In this document: positions 16,031-23,431 of the stretch, piece after piece
Layout of the letters: each line of letters starts with the position of its first letter
Position numbering within the stretch: the first letter of the stretch is position 1
Source of the DNA: Acaryochloris thomasi RCC1774
GTDB lineage: Bacteria; Cyanobacteriota; Cyanobacteriia; Thermosynechococcales; Thermosynechococcaceae
Assembly (NCBI RefSeq): GCF_003231495.1
Contig: NZ_PQWO01000033.1
Coordinates: 1-32,000 of the forward strand
DNA length: 32,000 nt
Reading direction: 5' to 3'
The notes under the pieces: model-generated
The model's input: the letters and a program-made list of their open reading frames with translations, nothing else
Told to the model about the DNA's origin: nothing
Databases searched by the model: none
Made by a program: the position numbers and the translations under genes

Positions 16031-16080
16031 AGGAATACTACTAGTGAAATTTCAGGATTTCAGGAGTAGTCAAGATTCCT
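16031..16080. repeat. Composite element: inverted arms AGGAATACTACT / AGTAGTcaagATTCCT enclosing the tandem 8-mer ATTTCAGG x2
   Basis: Read directly: left arm 16031..16042, tandem 8-mers 16049..16056 and 16057..16064, right arm 16065..16080. It ends about 110 nt upstream of the Rep-like start. Confidence 0.45.
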
Positions 16081-16192
16081 ATTGCCCAGGATGGTTGGGG
16101 CAGCTAGGAGGATTTGACTGCAGATCTATCGAAATAAGCGATCCTTCCCAAGGGATAGGCGGATACGCATCTTTCCCTCTTGGAGGCTTCCT

Positions 16193-18235
16193 ATGAGGGC
16201 CTCAGCAGAGCCAAGTTACCCCCAGGAGCCTCGTCGTCGCAATCAGCGACAATCTTCCAAACGACAACGACCTCAGGATCCCCTTCCGAAGAGTGAGACA
16301 GGTCAACATCTGGCCCATCTGTTTCCGAACGGCTGGAAATGGATTTATGCCAGTGCACCTGACTCCCAAGCCTCCCCCCAGTGGGAGACCATCCATCAGT
16401 TTCCCCTGACACCAATTGAAATGGAGCAACTGCACCAAGATGCGGAGAGCTTGGTGGGCATTCGCCCCGGAAGTCAAACAAGATGGCTCGTCATCGACAT
16501 AGACCACGGTTCTGACTATCACCCCATTACCAACGAAAACTGGCTTCCTCGCATTCGACATGCCCTTGAGGGGGTTGGCATTGCCAGGATACTGACCTGT
16601 CAAAGTAGTTATAGTGGTGGTCTTCATCTCTACCTACCAATCCCTCAGCCTGTCAGCAGCTTTTGGTTCTCAATCTGTGTCAAGCTCCACCTTGAAGCGA
16701 TAGGTATCAAGCTGTATGGGGGCCAATGTGAGCTATACCCCAACCCCAAGAAATATGTGCCCAAAGGAAAGGGATATAGCCTCTTCGCTGGCATCCGTTT
16801 ACCTATGCAGCCCAACAGCGGCTTCTACCCCCTCGACTCGGACCTCAACCCACTTCCTTGGACCCTTGCCCAGTGGCTCGAAGCCTTTGAGCAAGCAGCA
16901 TCCCTGCAGGACTTTACCCTGCTGCAGCACTCCATCATCCATGCCCAAGAAGCTTACCAACTGCGTCGTCATTACCATCCCAAATCTATCAGTAGCTGGC
17001 AGTCTCATATTGACCAAGAGAAGGGCCAAGGCTGGACTGGCCCCGGTCAATCGAACGCCAAGTTCAAAGCCCTTGCTTGCGAAGCCCGAGTATTCAAAGG
17101 GATGGATTCTGCAGAACAGATCGCAGAGTACATTGAGCAAACAGCTTCCCAGATGCCAGGTTTTAATGAATACAGCAACCACATCAAAGATCTCCGTCAG
17201 CGCAGCCGTGATGTGGCTCATTGGGCAATGAAGTTTTATTGGCCCAATGGTTCTGCTCCCCAACGAGAGACCCATTATCACAGTCGAGAAACCGCCCCTG
17301 CCGACTTTGGTTACCATCAATCTAAACGAGACGCTGCTCGACACCGCATCAACCAGGCTGTAGAGCAACTTCAGTCATCTTCAGGTCTACCGAAAGGCAT
17401 TTGCGATCGCGCCGAAGCCATTATCTTAATCGGCCATGTCAGCAAGCAGACGCTCTATCGGAACAAATCTCTTTGGCATCCAAATCATTTCAAATTACAA
17501 GCCCCCCCAGAAATCCCTCAACCTCAGCCACAGCAAGATATTACACAACCTCAGAGTAAAAATAGAGATGGAGGCGTTAGCCAACTGCTTAAATTCCTAT
17601 GGATAGGGACTCTTACACAACTCCTTATATATGTAGGGTTTGTACTACTAACTCAACAATTAGCTGCGACTGCCCTGGCCCTTAAAGGCCAAAGGGCAGA
17701 TCAAGCGGCGCTGGAAGTCACAACTCTTCCAAAAGAGGGGGGTCCGGGGGGAGATTTATCTAATGAGCCAAGCGTCAGCAATATCCAAAACTGGCAACAG
17801 CTACGGCTATCGCTCCCAGAAAGGTTTCAGAGGAAGCTTCAGCAGTCTGCCAGAGAGAGTTCTGAGCCAAAAGTTATCCAACTTCCATTGGAGTTTCGCA
17901 CCTCTGATGGTCCAGAGAATTTTCCAGTATTAAAACAAAAGGAGGGGGTACTTCACTCCGACTCACTGCTATCTAGGCATCATGTATCCGATTCTTGCCT
18001 TGACCCCCATCTCGGTAGGACCCTCTCCCTGTTGAGTGATGATGAGGTATTTAGGCAATGGTTCGATCTTGCAATGCAGTTTCAGATTGTCTCTGATTCG
18101 GAGTGGCATGAGGGAGAGTACTGGGTTGAAACCTTTGAGGGCTGGCGTCCATACGCTGAGATAGCGGCAACGTTTACCTTTGGTACTTTGAATACAATGA
18201 AGGATTCAGCCTCTAAGTCAAGTCAGTTTGATTGA
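16193..18235 (+). CDS. Putative plasmid replication protein with primase-polymerase (AEP)-like N-terminal motifs
   Basis: 680 aa, with GGAGG 7 nt upstream of the ATG. Motifs WLVIDIDHGSDYHP (DxD), SSYSGGLHLYLPI (sGG.H.y) and FAGIRLPMQP resemble prim-pol motifs I-III. A PQ-rich linker PPEIPQPQPQQDITQPQ and a hydrophobic stretch LLKFLWIGTLTQLLIYVGFVLL follow. The function is inferred, not certain. Confidence 0.4.
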   Translation: MRASAEPSYPQEPRRRNQRQSSKRQRPQDPLPKSETGQHLAHLFPNGWKWIYASAPDSQASPQWETIHQFPLTPIEMEQLHQDAESLVGIRPGSQTRWLVIDIDHGSDYHPITNENWLPRIRHALEGVGIARILTCQSSYSGGLHLYLPIPQPVSSFWFSICVKLHLEAIGIKLYGGQCELYPNPKKYVPKGKGYSLFAGIRLPMQPNSGFYPLDSDLNPLPWTLAQWLEAFEQAASLQDFTLLQHSIIHAQEAYQLRRHYHPKSISSWQSHIDQEKGQGWTGPGQSNAKFKALACEARVFKGMDSAEQIAEYIEQTASQMPGFNEYSNHIKDLRQRSRDVAHWAMKFYWPNGSAPQRETHYHSRETAPADFGYHQSKRDAARHRINQAVEQLQSSSGLPKGICDRAEAIILIGHVSKQTLYRNKSLWHPNHFKLQAPPEIPQPQPQQDITQPQSKNRDGGVSQLLKFLWIGTLTQLLIYVGFVLLTQQLAATALALKGQRADQAALEVTTLPKEGGPGGDLSNEPSVSNIQNWQQLRLSLPERFQRKLQQSARESSEPKVIQLPLEFRTSDGPENFPVLKQKEGVLHSDSLLSRHHVSDSCLDPHLGRTLSLLSDDEVFRQWFDLAMQFQIVSDSEWHEGEYWVETFEGWRPYAEIAATFTFGTLNTMKDSASKSSQFD

Positions 18236-18579
18236 TCCTAATCCGATCCGTTGTTAAATATAAAACTTTGTGTACTGAAAGCTTTACTCTGAAAGGTTTT
18301 TGGCGTAAGCAGTAAGCTCGGAATGAATAAATGATATTTTGAAATCAAATTATTTTATAAAGAAGTATCGTTATTTGATTCCATTGTTTTAGCAACTCCT
18401 GTACCATTTAACCAGAACTTATGTATGTGATGTGTGCGCTACTTCTAGTTCTGCTGTAGCGTTATCAGTCTAGGTCTAGATATATTTTCGTAGACGAAAG
18501 AGTATTCAAAACTCGTAGCACTTCTCTGAGGGCAGCCAGTGAATTTCGCTTCTGGCTTTAGTAGCTTAGGAGTGAGCGA

Positions 18580-18864
18580 TTACTTTTTCTTCAAATTTTT
18601 TAAGTAGTCAGAGATGATTACAGCCGCCTGTTGTTCCATCGTTCTTCTATTGCTTTCTGCTATTTCACTGAGTTCGCTCACTTCTTCTTGAGTCAACTCA
18701 ATGTGTATTTTTCCAAGGCTCGCGGCCAAGTGCTCCTCTAGAAATGCAGATTTTGATTTACTGTTTGCAGCTAACTCATGGAACAGCCTAGCGATATCTT
18801 CATGAACATTACCTTGGATTTTTGGTTTATCTGTAGCCACATTACCCATTCCACAAGTCCTCAT
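18580..18864 (-). CDS. Ribbon-helix-helix (CopG/Arc-like) DNA-binding protein, apparently two RHH units in tandem
   Basis: 94 aa. Unit 1: IQGNVHEDIARLFHELAANSKSKSAFLEEHLAASL. Unit 2: IHIELTQEEVSELSEIAESNRRTMEQQAAVIISDYL. Both follow a strand-helix-helix pattern. An alternative ATG at 18849 has a better-spaced GAGGA. Confidence 0.5.
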   Translation of the reverse strand: MRTCGMGNVATDKPKIQGNVHEDIARLFHELAANSKSKSAFLEEHLAASLGKIHIELTQEEVSELSEIAESNRRTMEQQAAVIISDYLKNLKKK

Positions 18865-18920
18865 ATATGTTTATCACCTAATTGGATGACTTTTGAATCA
18901 GTTGTTGATAATTTATTCAT

Positions 18921-18981
18921 TCTGTAGTAAAAGTAGATCACTCGTCAATTACTAGTAGGCAAGTAGTGAATCACTATAGTC
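18921..18981. repeat. Imperfect ~30-bp tandem repeat carrying AAGTAG(TGA)ATCACT in the promoter region of the RHH gene
   Basis: Read directly: ctGTAGTAAAAGTAGATCACT (18922..18942) versus cTAGTAGGCAAGTAGTGAATCACT (18952..18975). Confidence 0.35.
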
Positions 18982-19479
18982 TATTTGTTCTTTGCCTTGA
19001 TGAATACCTTTTGTTGATCTGAGAGTTGCTGATCCCTTTATCCCCTGTAATCTTTAAGTTTTCTATGATGTGATGATTTACTGTAGTGCAGTACGACATA
19101 CTTGCCGATTGCTGACTAAACGCACCCCAATGCTTGGAACTATCTGTTCTGTACTCAAGCCGCCATAGGGAGACTGTAGACCGACAACTGAATAAATTAA
19201 CCCCACCACTGTCCTCGCCGTCAGAAAGTCTGGTCAGTGATGGGGTGACACCCAAGAAGCCCGGATAGCAAAGCTAAGCCACGCTTCAAGGATCCTTTTC
19301 ATATTACCCACATCATTGCCAGCTTCTGCAGTGCTGCTGGATTTCTGGATATTCCGATAGCTGATCATTCACTTGGTATCGGTGCTGTCGGAAGTTTTTG
19401 GGGGGCGACCCCCGCTTGCTCCCCCTTATTCCCTTCTTTAGTTCGCTCTTCAACGAACCCTTATTTATCGGAGGCACTG

Positions 19480-19707
19480 ATGCCGAAACTCACTTCTCTT
19501 TTTCTTTTAACCTTCCCCCTGTCCTTTTGTACTGGCGTTGCAATAGCCGTAGCAGAAAACGCTGTTAATCAACCCTCTCAACGTCCTTCTGTCGAACAAA
19601 CGCCCGTCAAGTTGCAGTTATCTCAGACAGTAGATACCTGCGGCAAGTACTGCGAGAACTACCCACCGGGCCTCACGAAAGTCCGTATGCGCGACTGGCA
19701 ACCCTAA
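19480..19707 (+). CDS. Small secreted protein, unknown function
   Basis: 75 aa with GGAGG 7 nt upstream. Signal peptide MPKLTSLFLLTFPLSFCTGVAIAVAEN. It is the first gene of the long plus-strand array. Confidence 0.5.
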   Translation: MPKLTSLFLLTFPLSFCTGVAIAVAENAVNQPSQRPSVEQTPVKLQLSQTVDTCGKYCENYPPGLTKVRMRDWQP

Positions 19708-19717
19708 GCCGAGGTAA

Positions 19718-21418
19718 ATGATGTCTAACCAACTACTAATTGCCCCGAAAGTCTGTCCTAAGTGTGGATCTGACAAAACCTTTACCCGCGATGAGCGGAC
19801 CCTCTGTTTCATGTGTCAGACTCCTCTCGTCGAGCATGTACCTATGAAAATAGACCAAGAATCTCCTTCAGGGGTAATCGGTCGAGTTCGTTCGAGCGTT
19901 TTTTCAAACGAACGCCTGACCTTGATTTGGCAGAAGCTGGGCCGCAGAAAGGTGGTCGTCGGCAGTGGTCTCTTCGGAATTCTACTGCTTGGGTCTGGTT
20001 TGATTCTGGGTGCCCGCAATATCCCCTCCTCAGTAGCGCAGGGTTCTACTGAACTAGTCGCGTTAGGCGATACCTTCGTGGGCTATAGCACTCTCAGATC
20101 GCCAGAGTTTCAAGATTCACTTCAATCCCAAGGCATTGATGTCAAGTATGCTGATGACTTTGATCAAGCCTCTCGTGCCCAGAAGCTTTCCACTGGCGAA
20201 GCGGACCTGATTGTGACCACTCTTGATCAAGTCCTCCGTCATCGTCCTGAAGGCAAGATTGTGGCCATGTGGGACTATACCCAAGGCGCAGATGCGGTCG
20301 TTCTCAACACCAAGAAGTTTCCCTTGCTCAAGGACATGGATGCTTTGGCTGAGGAAGTGAAGCTAGCTGCTCAGTCGGGCCAGCAGTACTCCATCGTATA
20401 TGCCGCTGATACCCCTAGCGAATATCTAGCGCTCCTGCTCGCCAATAAATTCCCTAGCTTCCGCCTAGAGCAATTCAACTTGATCCCCGTGGCGGATGCC
20501 TCCGAAGCTTACAAGCTATTGCAAGACCCGAGCCAGAACATCGCGATCGCCGTATTGTGGGAGCCATTCGTCTCTCAGGCAGAGAAGAGCGGTCATAAGG
20601 TTGTCTTGAGCAGTGCTGATGTGCCGGAGGCGATTATTGATGTGCTGGTGGCTTCCAATTACTTTATTAAACGCCAACCTGAGGCGCTGAGTCAGGTCTT
20701 GGCTGCTTATTATGGCCGGATCGATGGTTCTCGTCTGGATGCGACCGCACTCAAGCAACAGATCGCCAAAGAGGCGAAGGTCTCTGGGCCAGAGGCTCTA
20801 ACGCTGCTCAACGGCATTCATTTCTTCAATGCCCGTGAAGCGAACGACTGGCTCAATGGCAATCAAATCGTTCCCAAGATTCGATACACCGGCAGCATCC
20901 TCAAAGCCTCTGGCCGACTCAATCAACTGCCAGAGCAACCCGAGCGTTTGTACACCGGCAAGTTTTTGGATCTTGCGATCGCCAACAGCACCGCGCTCGA
21001 CCAGCAGCTAAGTGGAATACGCCCGAATCCACCACAGGCCCCACCAAGCCCACCTAAGGCCCAGCCCGTCACTAATATTGGAAAGATCTCTGAGGATATT
21101 CGATTTGACCTCTCCAGTGTTCTGTTAGATCCAGAAGACAAAGCGACCTTAGATACCGTGATGGAGACGGCTAAGGGATTCGGTGGAAATACCGCAATTC
21201 AGATTACGGGGCATACCTCCGCAACTGGAAGCCCCGAGCGCAATGAAGTCTTGAGCAAAGGTCGTGTGGAATCTGTTGCTCAGTATCTTAAAGGCAAAAA
21301 GTTCTCAGGCGATTTGATTGTCAAGCGTGTCGGTAGCAGTTCGCCACTGCCGGGTGTTGATCCAGCCGATGCCCGCAACCAGCGCGTTGAAGTCGAAGTA
21401 GTAAGAACCGGAGGCTAG
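19718..21418 (+). CDS. Zinc-ribbon / TM / periplasmic substrate-binding-like / OmpA-C-like peptidoglycan-binding protein
   Basis: 566 aa. N-terminus CPKCGSD...CFMCQ. TM helix VVVGSGLFGILLLGSGLILGA. The central ~330 aa resemble NMT1/SsuA-type SBPs (GEADLIVTTLDQV.., ..AIAVLWEPFVSQAEK). The C-terminus has OmpA-family motifs: IRFDLSSVLLDPEDKATLD..IQITGHTSATGSPERNEVLSKGRVESVAQYL..NQRVEVEVV. Confidence 0.8.
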   Translation: MMSNQLLIAPKVCPKCGSDKTFTRDERTLCFMCQTPLVEHVPMKIDQESPSGVIGRVRSSVFSNERLTLIWQKLGRRKVVVGSGLFGILLLGSGLILGARNIPSSVAQGSTELVALGDTFVGYSTLRSPEFQDSLQSQGIDVKYADDFDQASRAQKLSTGEADLIVTTLDQVLRHRPEGKIVAMWDYTQGADAVVLNTKKFPLLKDMDALAEEVKLAAQSGQQYSIVYAADTPSEYLALLLANKFPSFRLEQFNLIPVADASEAYKLLQDPSQNIAIAVLWEPFVSQAEKSGHKVVLSSADVPEAIIDVLVASNYFIKRQPEALSQVLAAYYGRIDGSRLDATALKQQIAKEAKVSGPEALTLLNGIHFFNAREANDWLNGNQIVPKIRYTGSILKASGRLNQLPEQPERLYTGKFLDLAIANSTALDQQLSGIRPNPPQAPPSPPKAQPVTNIGKISEDIRFDLSSVLLDPEDKATLDTVMETAKGFGGNTAIQITGHTSATGSPERNEVLSKGRVESVAQYLKGKKFSGDLIVKRVGSSSPLPGVDPADARNQRVEVEVVRTGG

Positions 21419-21420
21419 TT

Positions 21421-22170
21421 ATGCTTGCAGAATCTCCTCAAATAACGCAACCGACACCATCGGAATTTCTAGATTCGATTAATGCAGGATCTGCTCAGTT
21501 ACAGCAATGGCTGACGACATCGGGTGCCTCTGATATTTACTCCGATTTGACTGAGTACGTTGATACTCAATATCAGGAGCTAGTCCATGTCTGTGGCGAT
21601 GACTTGATCACTCGCCATCAAGCAGCCTGTTGGCTTGAAACTCGGACGGAGCAAATCCGGCAAAAATCAATCGAGCTGGCGAATGAGCAAGATATTCGTG
21701 TGGACTTCTCTAGCGTCCGTGATTCCCCAACGTCAATGGTGTTTTGGAATGCGGGATCGATGTATAGCGGTCTTACAGGGAGTTTAAGGCAGCAACTCGG
21801 AACGTTGAGCGTTGCGGATATAACCCTTTGGTTGAATGCGCTGGGGAAATATATCGATACACTTGCGGTTTCAAATGAGCATCGGATCGAAGTGCTAGAG
21901 CAAGAGTCTAAGGAAGAGCTGGGTTCATGTACAGCAATACTTAAGAGCTTTCCAGGGCGGTTTTCTTCAAAAGAGTGTGAAGCGTTGGTAAAGCTGATTG
22001 AGAGTTCCTTCCAGAAACGCATGAAAATCGTCGTTCTGGGGTTTGCCAGCAAAATCTACCTTGACCTGCTGGCTAGATCTTACGACTTTTTTCTTCATCA
22101 GCCAGAAGGCGATCCATTAGTTCAAGAGGCATTGCTTGCCGTCGAAAATTGGGAGGTATCGGATGCATGA
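21421..22170 (+). CDS. Hypothetical cytoplasmic protein (no motif recognised)
   Basis: 249-aa ORF starting 2 nt after the upstream stop. It is largely helical and acidic by eye. The next gene overlaps its stop (ATGCATGA). Confidence 0.55.
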   Translation: MLAESPQITQPTPSEFLDSINAGSAQLQQWLTTSGASDIYSDLTEYVDTQYQELVHVCGDDLITRHQAACWLETRTEQIRQKSIELANEQDIRVDFSSVRDSPTSMVFWNAGSMYSGLTGSLRQQLGTLSVADITLWLNALGKYIDTLAVSNEHRIEVLEQESKEELGSCTAILKSFPGRFSSKECEALVKLIESSFQKRMKIVVLGFASKIYLDLLARSYDFFLHQPEGDPLVQEALLAVENWEVSDA

Positions 22171-22471
22171 GTCAGGCTATCGAGTCGCTTCTGTACTGGA
22201 GCACGAAATTAATCGCCGTTGCGAAGAAGCTAGGCTGCAGATTTTGTTAAGAAGGCTAAAGTTTTCGAGCAGCTTGTTTGTAGTTATAGGTGGTATTTTA
22301 CTTGCTTCAAATATAGCGTCTAGTAAGTACGGTTTTTTGCTATTAGCAATGAGTTCATCACAGCTCGTTTTAGCTAGCTTTTTGGATAAAGATAAGAGCT
22401 TGCTAGTCTACTCCCTATCTCTATTTCTATGTGTTGATTGCCTCGGAGTGTATCGATGGATACTCAACTAG
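22163..22471 (+). CDS. Small integral membrane protein (about 3 TM)
   Basis: The ATG at 22163 overlaps the upstream TGA. Hydrophobic segments: LFVVIGGILLASNIA, GFLLLAMSSSQLVLASFL, LLVYSLSLFLCVDCLGVY. The ORF is open from a TTG at 22136. Confidence 0.5.
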   Translation: MHESGYRVASVLEHEINRRCEEARLQILLRRLKFSSSLFVVIGGILLASNIASSKYGFLLLAMSSSQLVLASFLDKDKSLLVYSLSLFLCVDCLGVYRWILN

Positions 22472-22998
22472 CAAATCTTACATTACGGGAAGCCTATCGC
22501 CTGCAGGATAGCGAGAGCAAGCCATACGATATACCCTGGATTGTTTGGCTGCTGGAGAATCCCGATAGTCCGCTGCCGTTTCCAGGCCAGATTTACCTGA
22601 GGGAGCATGACTATCTTCATATTATCTTTGGATTAGATCGATCTTCAGAAAGTGAAGCTTTCCTGGTGGGATTTGCGATGGGATTAGATTTAAATACTCG
22701 TAACATTCACCTACTAATATTAATATTAACTTCATTCTTTTTATATCCCAAATCCTATAAGTTCAGTATGATGGATATAAGGAATCTAAACCGAGGTTTT
22801 CTAGTTGGAAGAATGCCTAAATTTGAATCCTTGAGAGTATTGAACTTCGAGCTATATCTAGACCAAAAAGTATCCGATATCAGAAACGCTTTTGGTCTTC
22901 AACTACCAGAACCTCGGTCCTTTATTAGTCAGACTTTGAATACTATGTCTAACCGTCTACGGTCACCGTTTGTATTTGCGCATCTGAAGCCGCCGTAG
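22456..22998 (+). CDS. Coq4-family-like protein (HDxxH-x11-E metal-binding motif)
   Basis: EHDYLHIIFGLDRSSESEAFLVGF matches the Coq4 signature HDxxH(x11)E. It is collinear with HDLWHVLTGYDTDPLGEVALQAF as I recall it. The ATG at 22456 overlaps the upstream gene by 16 nt. Confidence 0.5.
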   Translation: MDTQLANLTLREAYRLQDSESKPYDIPWIVWLLENPDSPLPFPGQIYLREHDYLHIIFGLDRSSESEAFLVGFAMGLDLNTRNIHLLILILTSFFLYPKSYKFSMMDIRNLNRGFLVGRMPKFESLRVLNFELYLDQKVSDIRNAFGLQLPEPRSFISQTLNTMSNRLRSPFVFAHLKPP

Positions 22999-23030
22999 GT
23001 CTCTTCAGGTGAACAACCGAATAGTTAATA

Positions 23031-23074
23031 CCCCACTACCGAACGAACTTTGACGGGCTTGAGCGGTAGTGGGG
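23031..23074 (+). other. Stem-loop: 11-bp perfect arms CCCCACTACCG / CGGTAGTGGGG with a 22-nt loop
   Basis: Read directly. It begins 33 nt after the Coq4-like stop and lies upstream of the first pilin-like gene. No U-tract follows, so it is not a canonical terminator. Confidence 0.3.
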
Positions 23075-23115
23075 AGGTCTCCTAAGTATGGAAAACACCA
23101 CACTGGAGTATTTCT

Positions 23116-23391
23116 ATGATACCTGCACAACATACGACAGGCATTGCCTGTTGCGGTAAGCGTTGCTCTTGGCTAGCCGTCTCTATCGGCCTTGTCTTCT
23201 TTCTGGCTGCCCTATCGAGTGCTAAACCTGCCCAAGCTTCATTTACGAATGGAGCAGAATCCTTTTTTTCTGAGGCTTTTCCAGAGGCCAAGGGTTTTTT
23301 CCCCTTCGCCGCGAAAGCCTTTGTGGTTTTGAGCCTGACTTCTATCGCGCTTAGCTCCAGCGGTTCAGATTCAACGAACGAAAACTCCTAA
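23116..23391 (+). CDS. Small exported hydrophobic protein, pilin-like (VirB2/TrbC-like architecture), paralog 1
   Basis: 91 aa with GGAG 8 nt upstream. Signal-like WLAVSIGLVFFLAALSSAKPAQA, then SFTNGAESFFSEAFPE, then the hydrophobic AFVVLSLTSIAL. It shares the mature N-terminal motif with the 24364 ORF. Confidence 0.45.
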   Translation: MIPAQHTTGIACCGKRCSWLAVSIGLVFFLAALSSAKPAQASFTNGAESFFSEAFPEAKGFFPFAAKAFVVLSLTSIALSSSGSDSTNENS

Positions 23392-23431
23392 GTTTGGCTG
23401 CAGCGCACTTTAGGCGCTCAGTCACGCATCT

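Noticed and set aside
16191-17368. Long overlapping ORFs in other frames and on the other strand of the Rep-like gene (16191..16481, 16202..16627, 16716..17231, 16799..17368).
   Set aside because: The 680-aa frame is uninterrupted, has an SD and carries the only recognisable motifs. The others are probably consequences of local codon composition. The stop-codon depletion is noted in a finding, but they are not called as genes.
18974-19255. 93-aa minus-strand ORF.
   Set aside because: It has a non-ATG start, no SD and no motif, and a short out-of-frame ATG ORF abuts it. I treat it as doubtful, possibly pseudogene debris, rather than a CDS.
19618-20052. ORFs 19618..19812(-), 19813..20052(+), 19816..20019(-).
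   Set aside because: They overlap the well-supported Zn-ribbon/OmpA gene and the small secreted-protein gene in other frames.
23082-23291. 69-aa minus-strand ORF antisense to the first pilin-like gene. The same applies to 23451..23729(-), 23574..23792(+) and 24037..24291(-) within the sigma gene.
   Set aside because: These are shadow ORFs. The sigma-factor frame carries region 2 and region 4 motifs, and the pilin-like frame has an SD and a signal peptide.
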